Source of the DNA: Candidatus Hodarchaeota archaeon
GTDB lineage: Archaea > Asgardarchaeota > Lokiarchaeia > Sigyniarchaeales > SOKP01
Length of the DNA: 64,000 nucleotides
Reading direction: 5' to 3'
Assembly (NCBI GenBank): GCA_048887225.1
Contig: JBHLJY010000005.1
Location: forward strand, 160,656 to 224,655
Both the position numbers and the translations under genes were made by a program. Below the pieces are notes generated by a model. The model was not told where the DNA came from. It saw only the letters and a program-made list of their open reading frames with translations, and searched no databases. Of this stretch, positions 1 to 9,849 are shown piece by piece; the stretch's first letter is position 1, and each line of letters opens with the position of its first letter.

Positions 1-990
1 GATGTTAAGTCATTAATTCTAGAATACGATTCAGAAAGGCTATATGAATATATATCTTCTGAAAGGAGTCCAAATATTCAGGTCTTTTTTAAAGAATTTG
101 AAAAATTCTTAAAAAAATATGGAGATCGTGGATTCACACGAGAAATTTATTATCCAAGGTGGAGTGAGTCCCCAAATTATGTTTTTGATATTCTCAAAAC
201 GCTTGTTGTTGGTATTGAAGAAAAAATTAATTTTAAAAAATTAAAATCCAAAAACATAAGATACAGAGATAATATTGAAAGATATATAGAATCTAAAATC
301 AGATCACAGCGATTTGGATTAATAAAATGGAAATTATTTTCAAAAATTTTAGAATATAGCCGTAAATATATTATTTTTCGAGAAGATCAAAGATATAATC
401 TTGATCGCTGGATTGTTAGAAATAGAAGAGTTTTTTTAGAAATTGGCAGATTTTTAATGTCTAAAGGAATATTAAAAGATTCAATGGACATTTTCTTTTT
501 ACACAAAAAAGAAATTAATAAAATAGCACTTGAAAAGTTGGATCTTGATATTTCTTCTTTAATTAAAAAACGAAAAGATGAATTTTTTAAATATGAATAT
601 ACAGTTCCACCAAAATTCATATATGGATCGCGCGAATTCGATGATATTTTTGAATTTACTCAAGAGAGTACTTCATTTCAAGGGATTCCTGCTAGTCACG
701 GAATCTTTACCGCAAAAGTTCGCGTACTTCATAAAATTGATGAAATCACAACTGTACAAGCAGGAGAAATCCTGGTTGTTCCTAAAACGGACCCTGGATG
801 GACACCTGTTTTTTCAAAAATAAAGGGCTTAATCACAGAAACGGGGGGAATTCTTTCACATGGTGCAGTCGTCTCACGCGAATACGGTATACCTTCGGTT
901 ACAAATATTCCTAATGCTTGTAAAATCTTTAAAACGGGTCAAAATATAACAATTAATGGTTATACAGGTTCTATTATAATAAAAAATTAA
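1..990 (+). CDS. PEP-utilizing enzyme (PPDK/rifampin phosphotransferase-like), C-terminal part; 5' end outside window
   Basis: Frame 1 is open from base 1 (DVKSLILEY...FLKKYGDRG...YPRWSE) through the 457-990 ORF; phosphohistidine swivel motif TDPGWTP...TETGGILSHGAVVSREYGIP. Confidence 0.85.
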   Translation, partial: DVKSLILEYDSERLYEYISSERSPNIQVFFKEFEKFLKKYGDRGFTREIYYPRWSESPNYVFDILKTLVVGIEEKINFKKLKSKNIRYRDNIERYIESKIRSQRFGLIKWKLFSKILEYSRKYIIFREDQRYNLDRWIVRNRRVFLEIGRFLMSKGILKDSMDIFFLHKKEINKIALEKLDLDISSLIKKRKDEFFKYEYTVPPKFIYGSREFDDIFEFTQESTSFQGIPASHGIFTAKVRVLHKIDEITTVQAGEILVVPKTDPGWTPVFSKIKGLITETGGILSHGAVVSREYGIPSVTNIPNACKIFKTGQNITINGYTGSIIIKN

Positions 991-1029
991 AAATGAATTG
1001 GAAAATTCAAAAAAATTTTGTAAAAAGAT

Positions 1030-2025
1030 ATGGAGCCAATTACACATCCAGTTATCTCAGATAATCCCGAATGGAATGAATCTTATTATTTTGCTTTTTT
1101 TAATAAGAAGCATAATTTAGGGGGCGTGTCGCGAATAGGATTCAAGCCTAACAAGCAAGAAGGAATGACTTTTTTTTTTTTATTCTTACCTGATAGTTCA
1201 GCTGCTATATACCATCAAGTTGAAGAAATTAAAGAATATTTGGATTTACCTCCTGTAGGTGGTATGGCTCATAATTGGCAATCGGATGGAAAATGGTATT
1301 ATAAATTTAGAGGTAAGATGATTTTCTTGAAAAATCCAGAAGATTTACCCAAAATTCGTGAACAGCCAAAATTAGCTTTATTGTTTAAAATAATTCGCAA
1401 GAAATTATCCAAAAAACTAGTTAAAATGAATCTTGCCTTTAATCCAGTCAATGATGTTTATGAATATAGCGAGTTCATGACACCTGAATCCTTAAAACTT
1501 GGAAAAAAAGCAGGTGATAAGCATTGGGAGCAGATTGCTATTATATCGGGTGAAATTCAAGTGGGTAAAAAAAAATATTTAATTAGTAATACAATTGGCC
1601 AAAGAGACCACACCTATGGAATCCGAGATTGGACAGGCGTAGGTAATTGGTTATATTATGTAATCTGGTTTAATAAGAATTTAGCAATAAATCCAGCTGC
1701 CATTGTTGGAGATGATGGAAGTCTATCCACTGGTGGATTTCTATTCAAAAATGGAAAAAATATACCCTTAAAAACCATCCGTATTATTGATCAACAATTT
1801 CGCGAAAATGGCGTTCTTCCTGTTAGCTCAAAACTAGAAATAATAGATTTCCAAGAAGAAAAACATATTCTTAAAGCAAAGGTTGGACCAATAATTCCAG
1901 TTAAATTCGTCGATGACGATGGAAATATATCAATACTAGTTCAATCATTTGGTAATTTCGAATTAAATGGAAAAACCGGCGGGTATGGAACTTTTGAAAC
2001 GCTACGCAAAGTTAGAAATAGATAA
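1030..2025 (+). CDS. Hypothetical protein, lipocalin-like/tocopherol cyclase-like fold
   Basis: WNESYYF N-terminal motif and GQRDHTYGIRDW motif. Confidence 0.55.
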   Translation: MEPITHPVISDNPEWNESYYFAFFNKKHNLGGVSRIGFKPNKQEGMTFFFLFLPDSSAAIYHQVEEIKEYLDLPPVGGMAHNWQSDGKWYYKFRGKMIFLKNPEDLPKIREQPKLALLFKIIRKKLSKKLVKMNLAFNPVNDVYEYSEFMTPESLKLGKKAGDKHWEQIAIISGEIQVGKKKYLISNTIGQRDHTYGIRDWTGVGNWLYYVIWFNKNLAINPAAIVGDDGSLSTGGFLFKNGKNIPLKTIRIIDQQFRENGVLPVSSKLEIIDFQEEKHILKAKVGPIIPVKFVDDDGNISILVQSFGNFELNGKTGGYGTFETLRKVRNR

Positions 2026-2209
2026 TTTATAGAAATAAGAGAAATTTTTTTTTTGGATTTGAATAATTAAAATTATAGAATGTATTTTTGATTAAGAAAC
2101 TTAAAATTAAATATACCTAATTGTTTATTATTAAATTAAGTTAAAATTAAATATGTTTAATTTTATATTATAATACGAACAGAAATTAAAGAGAGAGGAA
2201 AATCGAAAG

Positions 2210-2608
2210 ATGGTTTCACGACTCGAGATGGTCTTAAAAGAACTGAATGAGAATGGTAGCTTTAGAGCTTCAATTTTCTCAACTTCAGCTGGTCTTGTAC
2301 TAGCATCTCAAAAGGCTGAAGATGTTGATGAAAGAGTGGTTGCAGCAATGGGTTCGCTTCTAAGTGACGCAGCATTAAAGGCCGGGGAGGAGATGAACCT
2401 AAGCGAAGCAGAAGTTATGAAAATTTTCTATAAGAGTGATTATATCATTTGTAGAAATATACTCATGACTGATAATAAAACACAATTTTTATTAGCAGTA
2501 CTTACAAAGCGACCTGAAAGTGACAATGTTGAGAAATACATAGACCAATTATTGGATTGGGCTGAAGAGAACTCCAAAGCTGATTTGGAGAAACTCTCTA
2601 GTATTTAA
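2210..2608 (+). CDS. Roadblock/LC7 domain protein
   Basis: 132 aa; pattern STSAGLVLAS...DERVVAAMGSLLSDAA...EEMNL typical of Roadblock/LC7. Confidence 0.8.
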   Translation: MVSRLEMVLKELNENGSFRASIFSTSAGLVLASQKAEDVDERVVAAMGSLLSDAALKAGEEMNLSEAEVMKIFYKSDYIICRNILMTDNKTQFLLAVLTKRPESDNVEKYIDQLLDWAEENSKADLEKLSSI

Positions 2609-2719
2609 TCTTTTGACTTTTTTATTCTAAGTTTTTGCTTTTTGGAATTTATAAATTAAATAAACTGAAAGGTATAAAAGCAAAACAAATCAGATTGGAA
2701 AATTTTTATTAAAAATTGA

Positions 2720-3355
2720 TTAAAATCTTGAACTGTAAAAATGAACTACTTCAGCTGCAACCTGGTCTTCATATCCCCCATAAAAATGATCAGCTCCCTT
2801 AACTATTTTATATTCTTTAGGATCCTGATAGGTCTTATAGTGGGCTTCGAATCTATCGTAACGAGCAATATCATCTCTATCTCCTTGTAAAAACAGCTTA
2901 GGTTTGTCAGTTTGAGAAAGTTTTTGATATTTCGAACCCACGAAATCCCATGGAAATGAAATTGCTGCAAATCCAATGATTTTTTCAGAATAATTTATGG
3001 CAGAACATCCTATTGCTGCCCCATATGAATATCCGCAAATAAAAATTTTCTTATTATCTTTTTTATTAATTAAAAAATCAATGCAAGCTTTCACATCGCT
3101 TAGTTCTCCCCTTCCACTTGTGTGTTCTCCGCTTGATCTTCCAACAGCTCGAAAGTTGAATCTTAAACATGAGATATCTTTTTTAATTAATTCGCAAAAA
3201 ACTCCAGAAACGACATTGTTCAACATATTGCCACCGAATTGAGGGTGAGGGTGACAAATTAAAACTGCTGAGGTTTTATCAGAATTAGATTGAAAATATT
3301 CGGCTTCAAGTTTGATGCCATTATTTTCAATAAAAAATTTCTCAGTTTCTACCAT
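2720..3355 (-). CDS. Alpha/beta hydrolase
   Basis: CHPHPQFGG, RFNFRAVGRS, nucleophile GYSYG, GDRD, GADHFY. Confidence 0.9.
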   Translation of the reverse strand: MVETEKFFIENNGIKLEAEYFQSNSDKTSAVLICHPHPQFGGNMLNNVVSGVFCELIKKDISCLRFNFRAVGRSSGEHTSGRGELSDVKACIDFLINKKDNKKIFICGYSYGAAIGCSAINYSEKIIGFAAISFPWDFVGSKYQKLSQTDKPKLFLQGDRDDIARYDRFEAHYKTYQDPKEYKIVKGADHFYGGYEDQVAAEVVHFYSSRF

Positions 3356-3553
3356 AATTCATTAAAAACTACCTAATTAAAAATTTTAATGCTTTAATTC
3401 AATATCACAAATGAAAGATTATTTACATTTTTTAAGAGCAACCAAAAAAAGAATAAAGTAATAAAATTTAAATGGTAATATGTTATATTTTAGAAATTAG
3501 GTGAAGTAATTAAAATACAATTTTGTAAAATTATTGAGGAGCGATAGAAAATT

Positions 3554-4015
3554 ATGTATTCAAGAGTGGAAGATATGCCTTCTGAGAACGGAAAAAAGGT
3601 TAATCAGTTATCGAAACAAATTCTTGCATTACAAACACAAATTCAAACTCTTAAAATTCTACTTAATGATAAAGATTATATAATAAGCCAATTAAAAGAG
3701 GAGAACTCACAATTAAAAGATCAAATTCATACAATCCAACAACAAGCAAATATAGTACAACCCCCTAATCAGTATATAAACCCACTAAAACCCACTAATC
3801 AATATATAAATCCATTAAAACCCCCTAATCAATATATAAACCCAACAATAACTGCCAATACAGGAACAAATACTATTAAAAGAAAGTGTCCTATTTGTGG
3901 GGCTATGGGATTTGCTATTAAAGAATTCGATGATAAAAGCCGGATTATTAGTTACATTCCAAGAATTATTTATGCACGAAAGAGAGTCTGTACTAAATGT
4001 AAGCATGAATTTTAA
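3554..4015 (+). CDS. Hypothetical protein: coiled coil, Pro/Asn repeat linker, C-terminal Zn ribbon
   Basis: Heptad-rich N-terminus; CPICG...CTKC; three 10-aa repeats. Confidence 0.7.
   Translation: MYSRVEDMPSENGKKVNQLSKQILALQTQIQTLKILLNDKDYIISQLKEENSQLKDQIHTIQQQANIVQPPNQYINPLKPTNQYINPLKPPNQYINPTITANTGTNTIKRKCPICGAMGFAIKEFDDKSRIISYIPRIIYARKRVCTKCKHEF
3761..3850 (+). repeat. 3 x 30-bp in-frame tandem repeat
   Basis: ccccctaatcagtatataaacccactaaaa / cccactaatcaatatataaatccattaaaa / ccccctaatcaatatataaacccaacaata (PPNQYINPLK-type units). Confidence 0.95.
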
Positions 4016-4246
4016 ATTATAGCACTTACATATACGCTTTTAAGCAATTTTTCTTTTTAGAAGATAAAAAGTATACTTTACTATGAGCAAGGGAACTTTC
4101 GACCTCTCTACTAAAATATTTTTAATACGTTTCAGAAATGATTAAGTTTCGTATTATAATTTAATTAAAATTTATATACGAAAGTAAAAAAATCATGATT
4201 CTTTCAAACTTATTAAACCTTAATACTATAAAGAATTCAATAAAAT

Positions 4247-5101
4247 ATGAGTTATAATAATATCATAATTGAGCGGAAATTAAGGGAATTTTTAGAAGAG
4301 GATTGCGCATTTCAGGACGTGACTTCTAATTTTATAGCTGAAGAAAACCAGAAATCTGCTAAAATTATTGCAAAAAGTAAAGGTTTCATTTCTGGGCTTG
4401 CAGAATTGAAAATTTTATATGATATATTGAAAGTTAAGACTAATTTTTTAAAAAAAGATGGTGAAGAAGTCAAAAAAGGAGATATTATTGTTGAATTAAA
4501 AGGTAATACAAGATATATTTTACTTGGAGAGAGAGTTGGCCTTAATCTTATAACTCATATGAGTGCAATAACTTCAACAACCCGAAAATACATCAATATT
4601 ATTAAAGATACCGGAAAAAATGTTAAAATAGCATGTACTCGAAAGACTTTACCGGGGCTACGAATTTTCCAAAAGAAAGCCGTTTCTTTAGGGGGAGGGG
4701 ACCCTCATAGATTCTCATTGGATGATATGATCTTACTCAAAGACACGCATTTAAGATCTTACAAGGGAGATATCGTAAATCTTTTAAAGGATGTAAAAAA
4801 TCATGCAAGTTTTTCAAAAAAAATTGAGATTGAAATCGAAAAGGTTGAAGATGTCATAATGGCTGCTCAAAATGGTGCGGACATTATAATGTTGGATAAT
4901 ATGAGTCCTGATGAGGTAGAGGACGCCATAAATTTACTTAAGAAAAAGAACTTAAGGGAGAAGGTAGTTATTGAAGTTTCAGGGAGCGTTATTTTAGATA
5001 ATATCGTAGATTATCTACTTTCGGAGCCAGACGTTATAAGTACCAGCGAATTAACACTACAACCCTCAGAACAAGTAGATTTATCTCTAAGGTTTGATTA
5101 G
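4247..5101 (+). CDS. nadC: Quinolinate phosphoribosyltransferase (nicotinate-nucleotide diphosphorylase)
   Basis: TRKTLPGLR, HRFSLDDMILLKDTH, DIIMLDNM motifs. Confidence 0.95.
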   Translation: MSYNNIIIERKLREFLEEDCAFQDVTSNFIAEENQKSAKIIAKSKGFISGLAELKILYDILKVKTNFLKKDGEEVKKGDIIVELKGNTRYILLGERVGLNLITHMSAITSTTRKYINIIKDTGKNVKIACTRKTLPGLRIFQKKAVSLGGGDPHRFSLDDMILLKDTHLRSYKGDIVNLLKDVKNHASFSKKIEIEIEKVEDVIMAAQNGADIIMLDNMSPDEVEDAINLLKKKNLREKVVIEVSGSVILDNIVDYLLSEPDVISTSELTLQPSEQVDLSLRFD

Positions 5102-5103
5102 AA

Positions 5104-5496
5104 TTACTCAATGACTACTTCATGGATTGAACAGAGAAGATCTTTTATTTTAGCTATCGAATTTTTTAAATCCTTTATAAGACCAAATTCTCCTACAGCT
5201 AATATAATTTCAATTTTCTTATCTAAGATGCGCCAATCTGTCACAGTTTTTATTATTTGATTAAACTGATTGTAAATTTCAGATATTTCATCGATAATCA
5301 CTTCTTTGAAAGGATAGACCAAGCTAATGGTCATTATTTTGTATCCTTCCATATTTTCGAATTTTTCTTGATTTTCAATGAAGCCCACTATAGCATCTCT
5401 TAAAGCTTCGCTTTTAGAGTTAAAACCGCTTAAAATCCGGATTTTTTCAAATCTTTCTAATAAATTATCATTAATTTGTAATGATATTATCGGCAT
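5104..5496 (-). CDS. CopG/NikR-like ribbon-helix-helix transcriptional regulator
   Basis: N-terminal RHH (IISLQI...SKSEALRDAI) plus ACT-like C-terminus; NikR His/Cys nickel ligands not evident. Confidence 0.75.
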   Translation of the reverse strand: MPIISLQINDNLLERFEKIRILSGFNSKSEALRDAIVGFIENQEKFENMEGYKIMTISLVYPFKEVIIDEISEIYNQFNQIIKTVTDWRILDKKIEIILAVGEFGLIKDLKNSIAKIKDLLCSIHEVVIE

Positions 5497-5551
5497 TATA
5501 AACTCATTAAAGAAAGGTATATAAATAAGTTTTATTTGAATAAAATCTTGG

Positions 5552-6589
5552 TTAATCTCTAGGTAATCTATCGTTTACAGCTAGAAGTGGTTTGAATTTT
5601 TTATGAGGTTCATTCTGATACCAGTAGGCAGTTGAGGACCAATCATCAGATCGTTGATTAGCATGACCATGTTCTATTTTAACTTTAAGGTTTTTGTGAA
5701 AAAAGATAGGATCTTCAATATGATATCTATAATAGGATATTTTACCACTCCAATTTTTACGTCCTGGTAATGTTATACCAAAATAAGGAGAACAATAATA
5801 TTTTGCAGGAGCCCACGCAGTACAAAAATAATCTTCCGTACCTGTTCCGTATAAAATAATTTCTCCATCATCTATTTCAATATAATCATCTCCCTCACCT
5901 GGCCAATTCTGCTTTTTTGTCTCGTATAAGTTATGAATATCTAAATGACAGCCAACATAATGACCTTCTCCTTCTGCCTCTAAAATTAAATAATCATTTT
6001 CGTGATTTAGATTCTTTTTAAACCATTTAGAGACTTTTTTAATTTTTTGATAATCACTACCTTTACATGGATTTTCTCGATTCCAGGTAGCGTGAAATCT
6101 CCCATAGCTTGAATCTAATTTTAGATATTCTTCATAATCTACATAATAATAACATATTAAATTAACATCTGTTTCATTTTCTACCTCAATTCTTGCTCTT
6201 TCTGAAAATGGCATTGGAAAAAAGCAATTAAAGCCTTTACCGTCGCGAGGACTCATGGATAGGGGTAAACTCCAAAAATTTACTGTTTTTGCATGCCCTA
6301 TACCAAAAAAATCGCCAATTGGGCACTCAACAGATGGATCTTTTTCTTTATCCCACCATATACGAATGATTATTTTTCTCAAATAATTTGGATCTTGAGA
6401 TAATAGAGTCATCCAAATATGTTTTATACATCCAGCAACACTAATATTGCATATTGCATATTTCTCTTTTGGACCTATTTGGCTAAAATCATTATTAGCT
6501 CCTGTTTTATCATAACTTGAAATTCGTTTTCTTTTAATGTCCTTTCTTATTCTTGCCAAATTTGTTAAAGAATGGTGTCCAATATTCAT
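5552..6589 (-). CDS. DUF2961 / glycoside hydrolase family 172 protein
   Basis: SSYDKTGANND, GCIKHIWMT, PSVECPIGDFFG, GEGDD, GTGTEDYF, EHGHAN. Confidence 0.9.
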   Translation of the reverse strand: MNIGHHSLTNLARIRKDIKRKRISSYDKTGANNDFSQIGPKEKYAICNISVAGCIKHIWMTLLSQDPNYLRKIIIRIWWDKEKDPSVECPIGDFFGIGHAKTVNFWSLPLSMSPRDGKGFNCFFPMPFSERARIEVENETDVNLICYYYVDYEEYLKLDSSYGRFHATWNRENPCKGSDYQKIKKVSKWFKKNLNHENDYLILEAEGEGHYVGCHLDIHNLYETKKQNWPGEGDDYIEIDDGEIILYGTGTEDYFCTAWAPAKYYCSPYFGITLPGRKNWSGKISYYRYHIEDPIFFHKNLKVKIEHGHANQRSDDWSSTAYWYQNEPHKKFKPLLAVNDRLPRD

Positions 6590-6738
6590 TTAAAATTACC
6601 TATTAATTATTTCTAAAATTTTATCTAAGCTAATTATAATAGTTGCTTATTAAAAAAATTGAAAACATTTAATTATTTTCATAAAGAGATATTATTAATT
6701 TATATTGTAATAGCATTCACAAATCAAACTGAATTTTT

Positions 6739-8103
6739 ATGGAAAAATCATCATCTATAAAACTTAGTAATAAGAAAAAAATTGGATACGCTTTAGGTGC
6801 GATTCCTAACGGATTATTAATCTATATTTTTGACCTTAAGTACATTGAATTCTTCTTTAATGATTTAAAACTACTTCCACTTTACTTTATTGTTGGACAA
6901 ATCATATATCTAGTCATAAATGCTTTCAACGACCCACTCTTAGGTCACCTTTCGGACAAAACGAATAGAGAAAAATGGGGTAATAGGAGAATTATTTACA
7001 TAAAATACGGAGGACCTATTTGGGCCTTAGCATTTCTATTGGTATGGTTTCCGTGGAGTCTTGATAATCAAATTATAATATTTATTCATTATGTAATAAC
7101 AATATGTTTATTTGACATATTTTTTACTCTCGTCGTAACAGTATGGTTGGCATTATTACCAGAAATGACTTCAGATACAGATGAGCGAGGGAAAGTTCAA
7201 TTTTTAGTATTGTTAATAGGAGCTTTTGCTGTATTGCCCGTGTTTCTAATAGTAGGAGATTTGAAACCGATTTCTACAACTTTTAAAATAATCGCTATTT
7301 TTATTGCAATTCTATCAACAATAGTGCAATTTATCGTAGTAAAGACCTGTGAGGAGAGACCAGAATTTCAAAAAGATGAAGTTTTTTCATTAGGGAAATC
7401 AATAAAAGAATGCTTTAGATTAAAATCATTTAGACTCTATATTGGTTTCATATTTTTTGCTACTTTAATTGAAAGTGTCTTTTTTAGCTATTTATTTGCT
7501 TATCTATTCGTTTTCGGGGATAATGGTTTAATAATATTTTTTTTATTATACATTATTGGAGTTTACAGTTCATATGTTGTTTGTTTGAAATTAAGACCAA
7601 AATGGGGAATTAGGACCATAATTCTAAGATTTGGGCTGCTGAAAATAATAGGAACAACAGTAATTTTTATATTATGGCTAATAACATCATTAGAATCTTT
7701 AATCGTGCTTGGTTATGCTTGGTTAATGTTTTTTGGGGGATATACTATATTTAATTTCCCTATGTTGCATTTATCCATAGACGAGGACGAGGTTATTCAT
7801 AAGACGCGAAGAGATGGCATGTTTTTCGGCATTCAAGCTCTTTTTAACAAACCGGCGGTTAGTATTGGTCCCATTATTGCGACTATAATCTTAGTGTCGT
7901 TTGGTTATATACAGGGATCTGAGGTACAACCCGAGTCAGCTCTGTTTGGAATAATTTTATTGCTTCTTATATATCCCATAATAATGAGTGCTTCAAGTTT
8001 GATTTTTGTTTATTTTTATCCATTACACGGCGAGAAACTTAAAGATATGAAAGAGAAATTAGAAGCATTACATAAAACGAAATTGGAAAAATCTCAACAG
8101 TAA
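6739..8103 (+). CDS. MFS transporter, GPH (sugar:cation symporter) family
   Basis: About 12 hydrophobic segments; NAFNDPLLGHLSD, ALLPEMT, DEDE...RRDGMFFG. Confidence 0.9.
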   Translation: MEKSSSIKLSNKKKIGYALGAIPNGLLIYIFDLKYIEFFFNDLKLLPLYFIVGQIIYLVINAFNDPLLGHLSDKTNREKWGNRRIIYIKYGGPIWALAFLLVWFPWSLDNQIIIFIHYVITICLFDIFFTLVVTVWLALLPEMTSDTDERGKVQFLVLLIGAFAVLPVFLIVGDLKPISTTFKIIAIFIAILSTIVQFIVVKTCEERPEFQKDEVFSLGKSIKECFRLKSFRLYIGFIFFATLIESVFFSYLFAYLFVFGDNGLIIFFLLYIIGVYSSYVVCLKLRPKWGIRTIILRFGLLKIIGTTVIFILWLITSLESLIVLGYAWLMFFGGYTIFNFPMLHLSIDEDEVIHKTRRDGMFFGIQALFNKPAVSIGPIIATIILVSFGYIQGSEVQPESALFGIILLLLIYPIIMSASSLIFVYFYPLHGEKLKDMKEKLEALHKTKLEKSQQ

Positions 8104-8146
8104 ATTATGAAAAAGTGAGAGAAAAATTTTTTTATTATCTTTCCTC

Positions 8147-8992
8147 TTATAGGAATTTTTTAACAAATTCTATGCTTTTTGGTAAATCTTTTGCCGAAGA
8201 CAACTCAATTATTAGGCCACCATTATAGTCGTATTCATCTATTATCTTAAATATTTCGTTAAAATTAACTTTTCCTGTTCCTAATCCAGGATGATTATCC
8301 TTATCCTTATCAGAATTATCAACCAAATGAATATTTTTGATGAGTTTATTGAATTTTTTCCAAAAAATTTTAACATCTACGTCACAAGTCCATGAATGGC
8401 TTGTATCCCAAGTTAAAAAAATGTCGTGCCGATTCAAGTTTGTGAAAAATCCTTCAATTTCAGGAATTCCTAAAAAGATATTAACATTTTTCGGCATATT
8501 CTCCAGACATACTTTTAAGGTCTTACTCTTAATGGAATCTAAAAAAAAGTTGATTGCTTCTAGTAATATTTGTTTATTATATATATAAAATGATTTGACG
8601 AGAAAATTTGCTGAGCCGGGATGAATTGTCAAAATTTTTGAATCAATCTCTTTGCAGATTTTAGCCGATTCTATATATGATTCAACAGTTGCTTTAGATA
8701 TGAATTTATTATGAGAACAAAGGCATAAATCGAGAAATGGTGCGTGAACTTGTTTTTTAATATGAGGGAACGAGTTACATAAATCGAAAAATTTTTGCTT
8801 TTTTTCAACCGTTGAAATTTCTGGAGGATCTAAAACAAGTTCACATACATTAATATTGTTTTTCTCAGCGAATTTGAGACAGGATTCAGTAGCATCAAAT
8901 AATAAGTTAAATAAACTTTTAAACTTCCCCGAAAGCCCTAAATCCACGATATAACCGAGAGAACTTATCCCTAATTCCATTGATTTCAACAA
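8147..8992 (-). CDS. Sugar phosphate isomerase/epimerase (xylose isomerase-like TIM barrel)
   Basis: VHAPF, TIHPG, LENMP, WDTSH, IHLVDN, HPGLGTGKVNF. Confidence 0.85.
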   Translation of the reverse strand: MLKSMELGISSLGYIVDLGLSGKFKSLFNLLFDATESCLKFAEKNNINVCELVLDPPEISTVEKKQKFFDLCNSFPHIKKQVHAPFLDLCLCSHNKFISKATVESYIESAKICKEIDSKILTIHPGSANFLVKSFYIYNKQILLEAINFFLDSIKSKTLKVCLENMPKNVNIFLGIPEIEGFFTNLNRHDIFLTWDTSHSWTCDVDVKIFWKKFNKLIKNIHLVDNSDKDKDNHPGLGTGKVNFNEIFKIIDEYDYNGGLIIELSSAKDLPKSIEFVKKFL

Positions 8993-9000
8993 AGAGTAGT

Positions 9001-9675
9001 TTATTTAAGCATTTTCCGTGGATAATTGGCAAATAAGCTATTAAAGAGTCTATAAAACCTTTCACATTGTTCTTTCGGAATTATTTTTGGTTCCCCAATT
9101 TGCAAGGCACCCCAATATATTTTTGCAAGTTTCTCTGTTAATTCCGCGAATTTTACAGAATTTTCCACAGATTTTCCACATACAATTGCTCCATGATTCG
9201 CCAATAAAGCAGCATTTTTTATACCTAATGCTTTTAAAGCTGACTGACCTATTTCTTCTGTATGTGCTTCGCCAAATGGAGATATATCAACAGATCCTCC
9301 CAAAAATACGATTTGTTCCTCCATGATTATAGGGATGGTCATATGATTTACTGAAAGCATTGTAGCATAGGGAGAATGAGTGTGTATTACACTTTGTACC
9401 TTAGGGCGAGATTTATAAATCATTGTATGCATTGTTGCCTCAGTCGATGGCAATTTTCCTTTGCTTAAAGCGGTTCCATCAAATTTAATATGTACAACTT
9501 GATCATCTGTTAATGTCTCGTAATTATTAAATGAGGGAGTAATAAATAATTCATCTTTTCTTCCATTTCTCACACTAACATTTCCCTCTCCAAAATCAAC
9601 TAAATTTCTCTTATAAATGGCTTTAGCCCCTTTAACAACTTCGCTTCTATATAACGCTACTTTATCTGATGCCAT
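9001..9675 (-). CDS. Class II aldolase/adducin family (L-fuculose-1-phosphate aldolase-like)
   Basis: GNVSVR, ITPS, PSTE..MH, VIHTHS, LLANHG. Confidence 0.9.
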   Translation of the reverse strand: MASDKVALYRSEVVKGAKAIYKRNLVDFGEGNVSVRNGRKDELFITPSFNNYETLTDDQVVHIKFDGTALSKGKLPSTEATMHTMIYKSRPKVQSVIHTHSPYATMLSVNHMTIPIIMEEQIVFLGGSVDISPFGEAHTEEIGQSALKALGIKNAALLANHGAIVCGKSVENSVKFAELTEKLAKIYWGALQIGEPKIIPKEQCERFYRLFNSLFANYPRKMLK

Positions 9676-9849
9676 ATATTATTTAATTAAGAATTCGTTA
9701 AAAAGATACTTAGCTTTTTAAAGTTAAATATCATCGTTTAATAGTAATTTCATGAGGTCTTATTTTATAAATTTAAATTATTCATATCCATTATGACTTT
9801 ATTTATTTATTAATTATAGAGAAGTGGAATTATTAAGTAAAATATTGAA

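Noticed and set aside
1360-1430. Lys-rich segment in the 1030-2025 ORF as a hidden intron
   Set aside because: No BHB-like pairing found; frame intact
3761-3850. 30-bp repeats as a CRISPR array
   Set aside because: No spacers, in-frame within a CDS, no cas genes in the window
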